This document shows, piece after piece, positions 50,709 to 63,399 of a stretch of 64,000 bases of DNA. The stretch comes from Rhynchobatus australiae (lineage: Eukaryota). The notes beneath the pieces were generated by a model. The model was not told the origin of the DNA. It was given only the letters and a program-made list of their open reading frames with translations, and did not search any database. The DNA is taken from contig JAUZTB010000001.1 of NCBI GenBank assembly GCA_034780895.1, positions 94,487,643-94,551,642 on the forward strand. The letters run 5' to 3'. Within the stretch, counting starts at the first letter, position 1; each line of letters starts with the position of its first letter. The translations under genes were made by a program, and so were the position numbers.

Positions 50709-51954
50709 CGCAGAAATGGAAAGTGAGTTGAATTTTCAGGTCAAGACCTTTCAACAGAACCCAAGCTGCTTGGGTTGTCCAGCGTGTATTCACAGTCTGC
50801 CAATATCATCTGAATGAAGCAGGGGTAGCCCAATATTGGATTTGCCTCACAACTTCCAATTCCAGTGCAGGGATTAAAATTCAAACCAAAGGCTTTAACC
50901 TTTTCCTAATTAAATTAATCATATACAAGGGAAAGTAAAGATTTGGCAGGCAGATCCAGTGTGATTAATTTTCCAATGAAAATATTAATTCATATATTCA
51001 GACAAATGATTGAATTCAGGTGAAAATATTATACAATATCAAGAGATACTAACCCTTGAACATAATGGCTGTATTGGGTGTATTAGCAAAAATTCCAATA
51101 GTGCTTCAGTAGAGGCCTTTAAACAATAGGACGTTTCAGTTTTCAAAATATGTCACTTTTCCATCCAGGACAGGAGAGAAATTGGCCACTGTAAATTGCT
51201 TGGGGTGTGTTGTAGAACCTGGGGAGAGCTGATGGAAATGTAGAGAGAATAAAATGGAATTAGTGTAAATGGATGTAGGTTTGATGGGTCAATAGGTCTA
51301 TTTCCATGTTGGATATCACTATGACTGCATGAGGCCTCACTCTTGACTAAGGAGCCTTTTAGAACCTCTGTCTAAACCATATCCTCTTCTTGCTATCTTC
51401 ATAGAGCAGGAAAGCTTCTCAACCCAGAGTATCAGACTAAAATACAGAGGGATCCAAAGACAGCAATGTCCTTATCAACAGCGCAGAAGGCAGGTTAAAA
51501 TTGAAGAGGATAAGAGTGAAGTACCTCATCCAAGGCCAGATCACCCAGCTAATTTCAATTCCTTGTCCAGTATACCTGGTTTCTGCCAAGAGGGTTCCAA
51601 TTGCCCAGATTTAATTGTCTTCCATAAGACCCCATGCCAAAGTCAGGTGTATTAACATTTTGCATGAAAGTTCAAGTTTCGTGCCACAAGACATCATTGA
51701 CATACTTTATAATCACCAACAATAGGCAGTGAGTTGAGGCGATAGCCTAAAGTGCTTTGAGTTTTTTGCATTTTTGTGCACAAACCTAAAAATTCAGTCT
51801 TATTATGTTGAACCACAAATGTGTTTAAAGCAACATGCTGCGATCCTTGTCCTTTTGTGGAGTTTGTTGAGATTATCTGTTTTCTCATTTCCAGTTTTAA
51901 GCTGTTTTCCCTGAAATGTAGGACTGCCAATGTCTGCTTAGGAGACGAAGCAAC

Positions 51955-52120
51955 CATCAACAGCACTGTTTGGCAGCAGTAACAATTCTGACAGCAATCA
52001 ACCTCCTTCTTGGCTGCAGGCTTCTTCCAGGCAATGATAAGAGAGCTGAGGATGATCAGTCGCTGTGCAGTTTGTTGTTATGTTACCCAGGTCACAGGTT
52101 CCCTATTCCATTATGTTGCC
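51955..52120 (+). mobile_element. Harbinger transposase HTH-region fragment
   Basis: LAAVTILTAINL / LAAGFFQAMIRELRMISRCAVCCYVTQVTGSLF resembles HARBI1-family ALxFxxxGSFQ...GISQ..V..CV..VT.AL. Confidence 0.6.
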
Positions 52121-52594
52121 GAATGCATTAAAGAGATGCTGGTGAGCAAAAGCAGCAGAAGAGGCTTTCGTGAAGGAGTTCTGCTGTCCAAGCTGCTATA
52201 AGTGTCCCGTGGTATCATCAACAGAAAATTCTAACCCCTAATGAACATCCAGATGTCTTGTGGTTGCTGTCAAGTCATTATATGGAAGCATTGGAAGCAT
52301 AGTTTGTCAAGAATGTCCACAAGGTTCTCATCTCAATGGAGCCAAACATGGCAGGAAACAGCAGTGCCATGCAATATGACATTGCCCTCAGACTCCAAAG
52401 CCCTCCACACTTAGTTTCTCAGACATTTGTCTGCAATTCTCTTCAAGTCAACTGTTCTGCATCATGACATGTGACCCCCAGGGAAACATACCTGAGAAAT
52501 ACTCTGACTCTGCTTGTTACCTCTGGCCTCAAGCATTTCCAGTTAATGGTCCTGAAACTGTATGCTACTGAATGTAGTTCACAATCTTCATGTT

Positions 52595-54010
52595 CCTTAT
52601 TCTGTCATGAGATGTGGGTGTCATTGACGAGGTAAGTATTTGTTGTTTTTCTGACAGTGCTCCTGAGAACAATGCACTGCTGGGTACTGCTGAGCTGCTA
52701 CATTATAACAATCCAGTCTGTGTAGTGAAGGTACCCCCAAAAATTTGTTAGAAAGGTATCTCCAGGATTTTGTATAAAAAAGAAGAAACAATGTTTTTCC
52801 AAGTTAGATTGGTAAAGAGAGCAATTTGCAGATGGTGCATCTGCAGCTCTTGGCCTTTTTGGAGGTAGACATTTTGGTTTTGGGAGGTGCTGTCAAAGAA
52901 GCCTTGGCAAATTGCTGCATTCCAACTTGTACACTACATAGTGTGGTGCGCTGGTGGTGGAAAGGGTAAATGATGGATGAGACCCCCTGGTATCAGGCTT
53001 CTTGTGTGTTGTTTTAGCTGTACATGTCCATAGAGTCATAGAGTTATACAGCATGGAACAGGTCATTTTGGCCCAATTCATCCTCATCAACTTAGTCGCC
53101 TATCTAAACTAGTCCCATTTGCCCACATTTAGCCTATATCCCTCTGAAACTTTCCTATCCATGTACCTATCCAAGTGTCTTTTAAATAAGACCATAAGAC
53201 ATAGGAACAGAAGTAGGCCATTCAGCCCATCAAGTCTGCTCTGCCATTCAATCATGGCTGATTTATTTCTCACCCCCAACCCCATTCTTCTGCCTTCTCC
53301 CTGTAACCTCTGATGCCCCTACTAATCAAGAACCTCTCAACCTCCGCTTTAAATATACCCAATGACTTGGCCTCCACAGCCGTCTGTGACAATGTGTTCC
53401 ACAGATTCATCACCCTCTAGCTAAAGAAATTCCTCCTCACCTCAGTTCTAAATGTTGTTATTGTACCTGTCTCAACCACTTCCTCTGGCAGCTTGTTCGA
53501 TGTACGAAACATCCTCTGGGTGAATAAGTTGCCCCTCAGGTCCCTTTTAAATCTTTCCCCTCTCACCTTAACCTATGTCCTCTACTTTTGATTCTCTTTC
53601 CCTGGGAAAAAGACTGTGTGCATTCACCATATTTATGCCCCTCATGATTTTATACTTCTTGACTTCTTCACACATCTCACATTGTTGTGGATTCTGCAAT
53701 GGCTTTGGAGCATCAGGCAGTGAGTCTCTCTTGCTGAACATCAGGCCTCTGACCAGTTCTTATTGCCACAGTATTTATGTGGCAGCTCTAATTAAATATC
53801 TGGTTTATCGTGAGGACAATGGATTGAGAAGTGGTAACAGTATTGGCTATCATTGAGAAGTGATTGGACTTTCTCCTGTGGGAGATGGTCATTGTGTGAT
53901 GCAAATGTTATTTAACACTCTTCGGATCAAGCCCAAATGTTGCCTCAGTCTTATTGCATGTAGGAGTGGACTGCTTCATTATCTGAGGAGTTGCTAGTGG
54001 AAGTAAACAG
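52595..54010 (-). mobile_element. Old LINE interrupted by a CR1 3' end (53030-53655), itself interrupted by a second CR1 3' end (53188-53453)
   Basis: The outer CR1 sequence tgtcttttaaat|gttgttattgtacc is split by the inner CR1 tail, with TAAAT on both sides. The flanks resemble the reverse of the LINE family at 3350 and 54610. Confidence 0.75.
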
Positions 54011-54609
54011 TTGTAAATTGCAGTGTTTTGCCTGTCAATAGAATCCACTGGTACGGAAAATCTAATCTGCAGCATGGTGCCTGGTTCACTCAGCTGTAAT
54101 CAAGAGAGATGCTAATTTTTGTGCTTGCTCTTATGACGTCGGTATCACAAAATGACAGAATCAGGCCTTATTGATTTGCCATGATTTTACACAGCAGCAA
54201 TCAGGCTTTCATCAGTCCTTCCACAGCCAGGAGAGGTGTCTCCTCATCAGCTTCGTTTTCCAGTCATTAAAATGTTGCATATTGTGTGTCTCTAAGCAGG
54301 TGTGCATTTATGTTCAGTAATCAGACCTAGTGCTGCGTGAGTTAGTTTACTCCTCCAGGGAATGTGGTAAAGCTGAAACAAGAACATGTGCTCGCTTAAT
54401 ACAGAAAGTTAGCAATNNNNNNNNNNNNNNNNNNNACAGTGTATTAAAATTAGTGCTAAAATTTGTTTGGGTAGAAGAAGTGTGCAACCGTAATTACTAC
54501 CTAGAGATTTATTCCAGTCCACCAGCTGACATACCACCTGTTCTGTGTGCACCTTTCCGTTATTGCATCGTCTGCAGTGTTGATGTAACAGCTAAGTTAC
54601 TAATTCAAG

Positions 54610-57310
54610 AGTCCAGAATGAACGATGTGAGGATATGAATTCAAATCCTGCCAAAATAGATGGAAATTTAAATTCAATTAATTAAATAACTGGGAATTTT
54701 AAAAATAAAATAGTGACTATGAAACTGTGAGGTTATTGTAAAAACAAAGTAGGTCCTTACCCAGTCTGTCTTATGAGTGAATCCAGATCTGCAGTAATGT
54801 GGTTAACTCTTAATCACCCTCTGAAATAGCCCAGCAAGCGTTTCAGTTGTATCGAAAATGCTGCATTAAAATAAAGAATAAAGCCATTGACATCACATTA
54901 GACAGCAAATTAGGGTCATGGAAACAGGGCCTGTCTGCCTTGCCAAGTCCCCCTCGCGAACATCAAGTGACAACATGCCAAGGTTGGGCACTCAGAATCA
55001 GAGATGTCAGCCAGACTCTTCCATCACAATCTGTGATTCTGCCCTGTCTCAGTAGTAAGACAGACCCACCAGAGGTGGTGGCACAGTGGTATATAGGCAA
55101 GAAAGCATCATGCTGAAGGTTTTCAACATTGCCTCTGGACCCCTTTGATGCCTCATAATACCAGCTAAACACAGGAAAGGAAACCTCCTGCTGATTATTG
55201 CCCACCATCAACTGATGAATAGGTATTTCTCTTTCATACTGAATGAGATTTTGATGAAATACTGAAAGCAGCAGAGGTACAGAATGTACTCAGGGTGGGG
55301 AACTTCAATACCCTTCACTGAGAGTGATTTGTAGCACCACCACTGAGCTGGCCACATCCTGAAGGATAGAGTTGCCAGGGATTGTCTTTAATAGATCGTG
55401 TGTGAAACAACACAAGGGAAAAACCTTCTTGACCTCACTGTTGCAAATGCATCTTGTGGTAGGAGAGACTACCACACAATCCTAAGGAGAGAAATCCCCA
55501 CTTTTGCACCACTGTTGTGTGGCACCACCACCATGCTAAATGGAATAGATTCAGAACAGATTTGGCAGCTTCAGAACTGGGCGTCTATGATGTGCTATGG
55601 GCTATGAAGAGCGGCAGCAGCAGGAAAGCCCCCCTATTTGTAACCTTTTGGCACACCATGTCCCTTATTCTACCATTCTTGTGAAGCTGAGGGACCAACC
55701 CTGGTTCAATGCAGTGTGGAAAGATATGTCAGGAGCAGCACTTGGTGTGCCATCAATAAGTTGCTAAGCTGACAAAGCTCCCATACAAGATCACTTACTT
55801 GTTTAACAGCAATAGACAGTGCAAAGCAATCTCAGATCCAACAGATCTGATCAAAGCTCTGCCAACCTACTACGCTCAGAAATGAATGCAGGTGAACAAT
55901 CAAACAGTCAGGCCCCAATTTTTAACAGCCAACTCCTCTGTTCTTATGTCCTAGGAAGAAGAGACAAGACGAACAAATAGACTTCATTGCCAAAATCAAA
56001 AGTGAAACATTTACAGCCAGCTTCAGCCAAAAGGGACAAGTAAATGACCCATCTTAACTTCCTCCTGACATCCACATCATCGCAGGAACCAGTCTACAGC
56101 CAATTTGATCCATTCAATGCGATAACAAGAAATGGATATGAGCACAGGATACAACACAAGCAGTGGGACCAGACAACATCCCAGTGGTAATGCTGAAAAA
56201 TCTGCACTCCAAACTGGCTGAGCCTCTAGCCAAGCTATCCCAATACGTTTACAATGCAGATATCTCCCCAAGAAAGTGGAAACTTGTTCAAGTAAATTTT
56301 GTCCAAGGAAACAATTCAAAACCATTCAATTAATTCCCATCCAATCTGACTACATGCAATTAGCGGCGAAGTGATGAGATGCATTGTTAACTGTGCTCAC
56401 TGGTATCTAATTTGAGTTTCTCCAGGACAACTTGGCTCCAGACCTCTCCAAAGTCTCAGGCCAAACATGAACTAAGGACTTGAATTCCAGAATGAGGTGA
56501 GAATGACCACATTCAACACTTGATCAAATCTGATATCAAGGAATTTTGGCAAAACTAAAATGTAAACTGAGGAGAAAATTGTCCAGGCTGGTGTCATATA
56601 TCATATAAAAGATTGTTATGGTTATTGGAGGTCAACCATCTTAGCCCAAGGATATTGCCACATATGTCTCTCAGGGTAGTATCCTTGGCTCAATCACCTT
56701 CAGTTGCCTTGTCATTCTTCCATCACGAGGTCAAAAGTGGAGATNNNNNNNNNNNNNNNNNNNNNNNNNNNNNNNNNNNNNNNNNNNNNATTCCCAAGTC
56801 CTCAATAAATCGAGCAACAAGACTGAGACAGCATTCAGCCACAGGCAGATAAACAGCAGGTAACATTCGCACATGTGCTCAGCAATGACTGCCTCCAAAA
56901 AGAAAAATTCTATCTATCTACCCTTAATATTTTAACAATACCATCAACATCCAAGAAGTCACAATTCACCACCCACTCATTGGAACCAGCCACATAAGTG
57001 CAATATGGCAATAGGTCAGATACTCAGTATCCTGCACTGAGTGGCTTAGCTGCTGACTCCAAAAATCCATTCCTCCATAAGAGAAGTACAATTCAGAAAG
57101 GTTACTCCTCCATACGCCTGGATGAGTGCAGGTCCAACAATTTTCAAGGATCTCAACATCATCAAGGACAAATAGATTGTTTGATATGTTCTCCAAACAC
57201 CATGCTAAACCTTCATTCTCTACACCACTGACGCACAGTAGTAAAATTGTGAATAATGAACAAAATGGATTGATATTACTCACCCCGGCTACTTAAACAG
57301 CATCTCATAA
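54610..57310 (+). mobile_element. Long, heavily decayed CR1/L2-group LINE (SINE-like 5' region, endonuclease, RT)
   Basis: DRPTRGGGTVVY (AP endonuclease), NLLDL, GPDNIPVVMLKNLHSKLAEPLAKL (RT N-terminus) and SQGSILG; many stops and deletions. Confidence 0.8.
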
Positions 57311-58184
57311 AACCAGCATCTGTTTTTAATTCAGATTTCCAGCATCTGCAGGTTTTTGATTTCCAATACCTATCCAGCGGGTGAGAGTAGAAATTTAAAT
57401 AACAAGGTGCCATATCCAGGGACCCAGGGGATCCATCTGTGGAATTTAAATAACATCAGGGCCATTTTCTCAGACCAAGCACTCCAAAGGTATGAATTGT
57501 CTGTAACCTTTGAGCTTTGCATTAAAATAACTTTCAAGAGAAAAGAAAAGAAGTTCAGCTGGCTGCTCAGAAAGCATGGTGCCAAAGCTGAAAATCTGAA
57601 AATAAGATCAGAAAAGTCTGGAGAGCAAAGATTGCAGGCAGTTAGTGGTTCGGGCCTGAAGACTTTGTCCAAATATCGATTGGCTCCTCTTTTGGCCAAT
57701 TTTCTGGCTGAGTGCAAGGGATCATGAACCTACCCACAGCACCCAGTGGGACAAAGAATAGGAAGATAATAAGGATATAGATCCTGATATGAAACATCAG
57801 TCTATCCTACAAAGACCAAGAAAATCATTCAAGTTTTGTAAAACTTAGATATACTTGAGAAATTTGGCCGAGCAAACTGGGAAAAGGCCAATATAGAGAC
57901 GATGACTATCAACCTCGATGACTCAGCAGTATGGGTCTGGAGGGTGTTCTTTTTTGTTAGTAAGAAGACAGGTTGTGGTAATTAAGATGAGTAAATTTGA
58001 TCAAAATTGTTGGTCTGTATCTTCATGTGTTTCAGAATGAAGCAACTTAATGTTTGGTATTCACCCTCATCTCGCCCACGATTTGTTTAGTTTACTTTCA
58101 GGATGCTCAAAAGGATTTGCATGTTATTTGTGTGTGCAAACCAAAATCTAGAAGGCCTCTTAGAAAGATGTAAGTTTCATAAGC

Positions 58185-58420
58185 AGGGTAGTTCTATAAA
58201 GTGTTCTGATCTGTATTTATCCCTTAATCAACATGTCAAACACACCCAAATTATCTGGTCATTATCACATTGTTTATTGTGAGAGTTCACTGTGCACCAG
58301 TGATATTTGCATTTCTTATATTGTATCATAATTATGCTTCAGTCATATTTAATTGCTGTAGAGTGCTTTCGGCGGTCATCATGAGTTTGAGACGAGAGCT
58401 ATTTCAATGCATCTTTTTCT
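58185..58420 (+). mobile_element. DeuSINE fragment
   Basis: tatttatcccttaatcaacat..ttatctggtcattatcacattg..gtgagagttcactgtgcac..ttgctgtagagtgcttt..gctatttcaatgca. Confidence 0.65.
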
Positions 58421-61400
58421 TTACATGTGAAGACACCAATAACTAGTTTAGATAACATGGAGGTCTTACTTGGTTACATTAACAGATAAGTCAATTCACA
58501 GCAAAGGTCCCATACCAACCGAAGTATGAGACATCCAGATCACTGTGAACATATTTTAGATTAATAACCCCAAAGGCTAATTGAAAGTAATATTCTGCTC
58601 AGGTCTTGAATGAGCAAATATTTTACATGTTTTTATTTATTATTGAACATGGAGTAGTTTATTCAGAGAAAATATGTGAAATGTTTGCAAGCTAATTGAA
58701 TGTACTGTAATTGTTAGCTGTGTGTTTGAGTAATTGGAATTTGTTTATAGTTTTTCAAGCTGTATTTTTTTAAATCTGGCTCTGCTAGGTTTCAGCCATG
58801 TTTATTTTCCTTTCTGTTGTGCTTGCACGAAGTGCTGGATAAAATGCTTGTGTATTAAGCCCACTAGCCTTATAGCTGTAATTAGGATTGGTATCAGTTC
58901 TTAATTATATTAAATAATGTTATGTTTGTTTATTCTGATTGTAATTTCATAGCTTGGCGTGCACTCAATTCTGATACTTTAAGACATCCTTAAATATCCT
59001 CCTGTTATGCCTGCTCTCATTTAACGGTCTCCTTGGAGAGTACTTCACTGTGCCTTCAAACTATCTTTTTAGCATCTGCCAATATTGATCTGGAAATCCA
59101 TTTTCTTCCACCATTTATAATATAAGTTTTAGAATTAATTAACATCGACATGCACATCATTTTGTGTATGCTCTTTTGTGTAAACACCAGCCAGTGGTGT
59201 TGATATCAAAGGGCATCTGACTTAAACTATTATTAACTATTGGAAGATGGTGCGGAAATTTCTATTCTGGCAATTTCTCCTTGAGAAAGGGCAGGACTGA
59301 TTAAGATAGTTGTCATGCATAAGCTATGAAAGAATGTTGTTCCCTATCAAAGCCAGAGCTTTGATACAGATTAACAAATAATTAGGCACAAGCCTTTAGC
59401 AAGATTGAACGTCTGCACAAGGTAAGATCAACTAGTCAAGGCCCTTAGGCATCTAAGACCTCACAAGGTTTGTTAAGCATACAATGGCTGACCTTGCTTT
59501 ATTGGTTGTACATGCAGCTTCCCCTCCCCAGGGTTGCCTGCCTTGCGCTGAAATTAAAACAGTCAGCATTCAGTCTCTTCAACTTGAGCTTCCCTCTCTC
59601 TGAAATGCCAAGGGGCTGTCTATCCTGCATCTTATTAAACTGATGATTATTTAAGGGATTTTCCCAGCNNNNNNNNNNTATCTTGGTGTTTGCACAATTT
59701 TATTGTGTCTTGGTGGATTAATTAAACTGCTAGTGTTAGCCTCCTGGTGTAACTTCGCACTGTAATATATTCCTGAAAAATACATACCAAAGCAAAGAAC
59801 GTAAAACAGAAGAGGTTGCAGGCAATATTACAAATGAAGAATAAAGAATTCATTGTTCTACTGCACACTCTATTACCCTGCTATAGCACTGAGCAATGGG
59901 TAAAAACAATGATTTATGCTCGTCTTTACAATTCATTTTTCCTATTTGATGCAAAAGCTCAATCTGAAAGTAAAAATCAATTTCNNNNNNTGAAATTTCT
60001 TAAATCAGAAAGCTCCAAGTACAAATCCAAATGTTTTTTCCATGTACTTTTTAGTTTGCAATGGCAGTGAATTAAACATACAAAGGTATGGATATCTTGA
60101 TCAAAGTTATTTTTCCACCAATGTGAAAGCCAATTACAGGGCTATTGACTTCCCCATGATCTCAAGGTTTGTCATGGCAGAACTGGAAATGATTCTGGTT
60201 CTGGTTGGAACACTACAAAACTTGGGCATAACCCACATTATTCCTTGCATTGAATTTGCATCATTGTGTCTGTGTAATCCGGCATTAATTGAACTGTACT
60301 CAATGATACTTGTACTGACCCATAATTATGAGTCAGAATGATTCTCCAGTAATCCAATAGTAAACCCTACCAGGCGATCCCTTGCTTGATTCCTGTGTCC
60401 TTGTGACAGTGTGGTCTTGTGGTAAGCCATTGATATTCTCCTGTCAATGGAGCTGAATGTATGGAAGTGAGTTTAACCACCAGTCAGTTGTCCTATTTGC
60501 ATTTAACTTTACCAACTAAAGATAAATATCTCCTCAATATCTTTCCAGAGTCAGTTCTTAAATAAAATAATTCACTGTCTTGATCGAAGTTAATGCTATA
60601 ATGCTACATGAGAATGTCTTTGTCTGCGTTAAACTGAAGAAAGCAAGGACACCTAAATCAGAAGCAGTTAAAAGAAAGGAATTAATATTTTATTGAGTAA
60701 CATTATCAGCAATGTCAAAGATACTAACATTACATAAAATGGCTGAAAGAAACTCTCCTGGAGAAAGCTACAATATGGTTGCTGAGTTGGTGCTGGTTGG
60801 GGAGGGTGGTGGTGGTGGTGGTGATGGCATCAAGTTTAAACCCCATTCCTGGACCTGATTGTTGGGTGAAATTACATGCAGTACAGAGGAAATGTGGCTA
60901 TGTTGGACATACCAACTTTTGGATGAGAATTAAAGTAAAATTAATTTTATCCACTGTAGTATATTTTTTCGAAGTATAATACTTTTTAGGAGATCGGGAA
61001 GATTNNNNNNNNNNNNNNNNNNNNNNNNNNNNNNNNNNNNNNNNNNNNNNNNNNNNNNNNNNNNNNNNNNNNNNNNNNNNNNNNNNNNNNNNNNNNNNNN
61101 NNNNNAGCTGTTTTGTCTTAATAATAGTCACTGCAATTAAGAAGTAACTAATATGTTGTGAAGTGCTTTGAGGTGCCATGAGGACATAGGAAACATTAAA
61201 TAAATGCAAGTTCTTTGTTTCCAGTGTGGGCCACAAAGATATTGCTTACACCTGGGGAGCTATCAACATAAATGAAGTCTGGGCTGTCTAGCTTAGCTTG
61301 GGCTTGAAATGGTAGGAGTATTAAGTATAAATTGGTAGATATAACTGAAGCAGTCAGCAAATTGAGCTGTGGTTTCTGCACTAAGTCTCAATGAAACGTA

Positions 61401-61639
61401 GACTGTGTAATGGAGTGTGGCGAGGAACAGGACTCAGTCTTATTTGTTCCTTGAATATGGATGGATGGGCCAGCATTTATTTCCCAGCTTGATCTAAGTG
61501 ATTTCTGGGCCATTTATAAGAGGTCATCACACTGTGTGGGTCTCAAGACACAAAAACCTGACCAGGTAATGTTGGTGTATCTCATTTCCCAAAGGACACT
61601 GGCAAACCAAATGGGCTTTAAAATAAAATGAAAATTTAA

Positions 61640-61770
61640 AAAAAACTGCAGATATTGAAAACCTGAAATAAAAATAGAAGATGCTAGAAGTGCTCTACAA
61701 GTCAGGCCACATCTCCAGAAAGAGAAACAGAGTTAATATTTCAGATTGAAGACCCTTCTTTAGAACAAAC
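61640..61770 (-). mobile_element. Penelope terminal-repeat arm with degenerate hammerhead
   Basis: aactgcagatattgaaaacctgaaataaaaatagaagatgctagaagtgctc..gagaaacagagttaatatttcagattgaagacccttctttagaac. Confidence 0.65.
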
Positions 61771-62099
61771 AATCTGAAGCGTTACTATTCACTCCAGAAC
61801 CTGATAATATCACCACACTAGCCTTCGTAGTTTTTTTTTCACATTTGGAGAAGGTAATTATGGCCTTCAATATTCATAGCACTGCATATTGGTATATATT
61901 TTCTACAATGTCTTTCAGTTAAATAATTTTCTTTGAAACAATATGGAAAATTTGGTATGATTTAAAAATAGCTCACGTGCCAGTCGCAAAAATATCAAAC
62001 ACAAGGAGTACATTTAAGTTTTATTGTTGAAGCGCAATCTCTAATGTGACAGATTGACAGCAATCAGGGAAGTCTTCCATCTTTGTTGTGTTCAGCCAT

Positions 62100-62905
62100 A
62101 TGAGCACACGCCCCTGCTCATGTCAATGCTGCTGAGGTGGAGATGGTTGTGAGCTTCAAGTTCCTCTGGGTAAACATTGCCAATAGCCTGTCCTGGCCCA
62201 ACTATGTAGATGCCACAGCCAAGAAAGCACACCAGTGCCTCTACTTCATCAGAAGGCTAAGGGAAATTAGCAAGTCCCTGTTGGCCTTCACCAATTTTTA
62301 TAGATGCACCATAGAAAGTATCCTATCCAGATGCATCACGGCTTGGTATGGCAAGACTGCAAGAAAGTACAGAGAGTTGTGGACACACTTAGTCCATCAT
62401 GAAAACTAGTCTCCCCTCCATGGACTCTGTTTACACTTCTCACTGCCTCAGAAAAGCAGCCAATATAATCAAAGACCCTACCCACCCCAAACATTCCCTC
62501 CCGCCTTTCATTGGGCAGAAGATACAAATGCTTGAAAATACTCACCACCACGCTCAAGGACAGCTTCTATTGTTATAAGACTATTAAATGGACCTTTTAT
62601 ACATTAAAGATGAACTCGCGATCGCACAATCTTACTCGTCATGGCCTTTGCACCTTATTGTCTACCTGCACTACACTGTCTCTGCACCTATAACTGCAGC
62701 ACTATATTCATGGACGCCATACAAAACAAAGTTTTAAACCAAACCTTGGTACATGTGACAATAATAAACCAATTACCAATATTCTGCATTCTGTTATTGG
62801 TTTTCCCTTGTACTACCTCAATATGCTTGTGTTTTGAAATTATCTGTATGGATGGCATGCAAAATTAAGTATTTCACTGTATCGGCACATAATAATAAAC
62901 CAATC
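62100..62905 (+). mobile_element. Rex-Babar LINE 3' fragment
   Basis: VEMVVSFKFLWVNIANSLSW...KKAHQCLYFIRRL..FTNFYRCTIESILSRCITAWYG (DUF1891-type RT C-terminus), TTTLKDSF, and a duplicated tail ending aataaacc. Confidence 0.9.
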
Positions 62906-62949
62906 TAAAATTGAAGTCAGTCTGTCNNNNNNNNNNCAACTCAGATGGG

Positions 62950-63370
62950 AAGGCTATGCCACTTATGTCTTTCAAAGCAGATGCTCTGTTCCAAGTTCTA
63001 TCATGGAAAGAGGCAAGCAGAGGAAAATATTCAAGGACATGCTCAAAGCCTCCTTGAAGAAATGCGACAAACCAGCTGCCTCTTTGGAACCCTGGCCCAT
63101 GACCTTTCAAAGTAGAGAAGGAACATTCCGGATGGTATAAAGAACCTTGAGTCCATGCATCAGGAGCACGCAGAAGCCCTGTCTAAACAGCGGAAGGAGT
63201 GCACTAGCTCACAAACTACTCTTGCATCTGTCTTGTCAGCCATCTGCTGCTCCATAAGTGGGAGAGTCTGCAGTTCCCACTTTGGCCTCATCAATCACCT
63301 TAGTACCCACTAAACCAGAGTGGAAGCAAATTGTCTTTGACCCCAAGGACATTTTAAAAAATGAAGAAGC
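62950..63370 (+). mobile_element. RTE-clade LINE 3' end
   Basis: KQRKIFKDMLKASLKKC and terminal GRVCSSHFGLINHLSTH* (RTE C-terminal C2H2-like remnant). Confidence 0.8.
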
Positions 63371-63399
63371 AGGACTGCATTGAAGGGAAATCTAGATAA

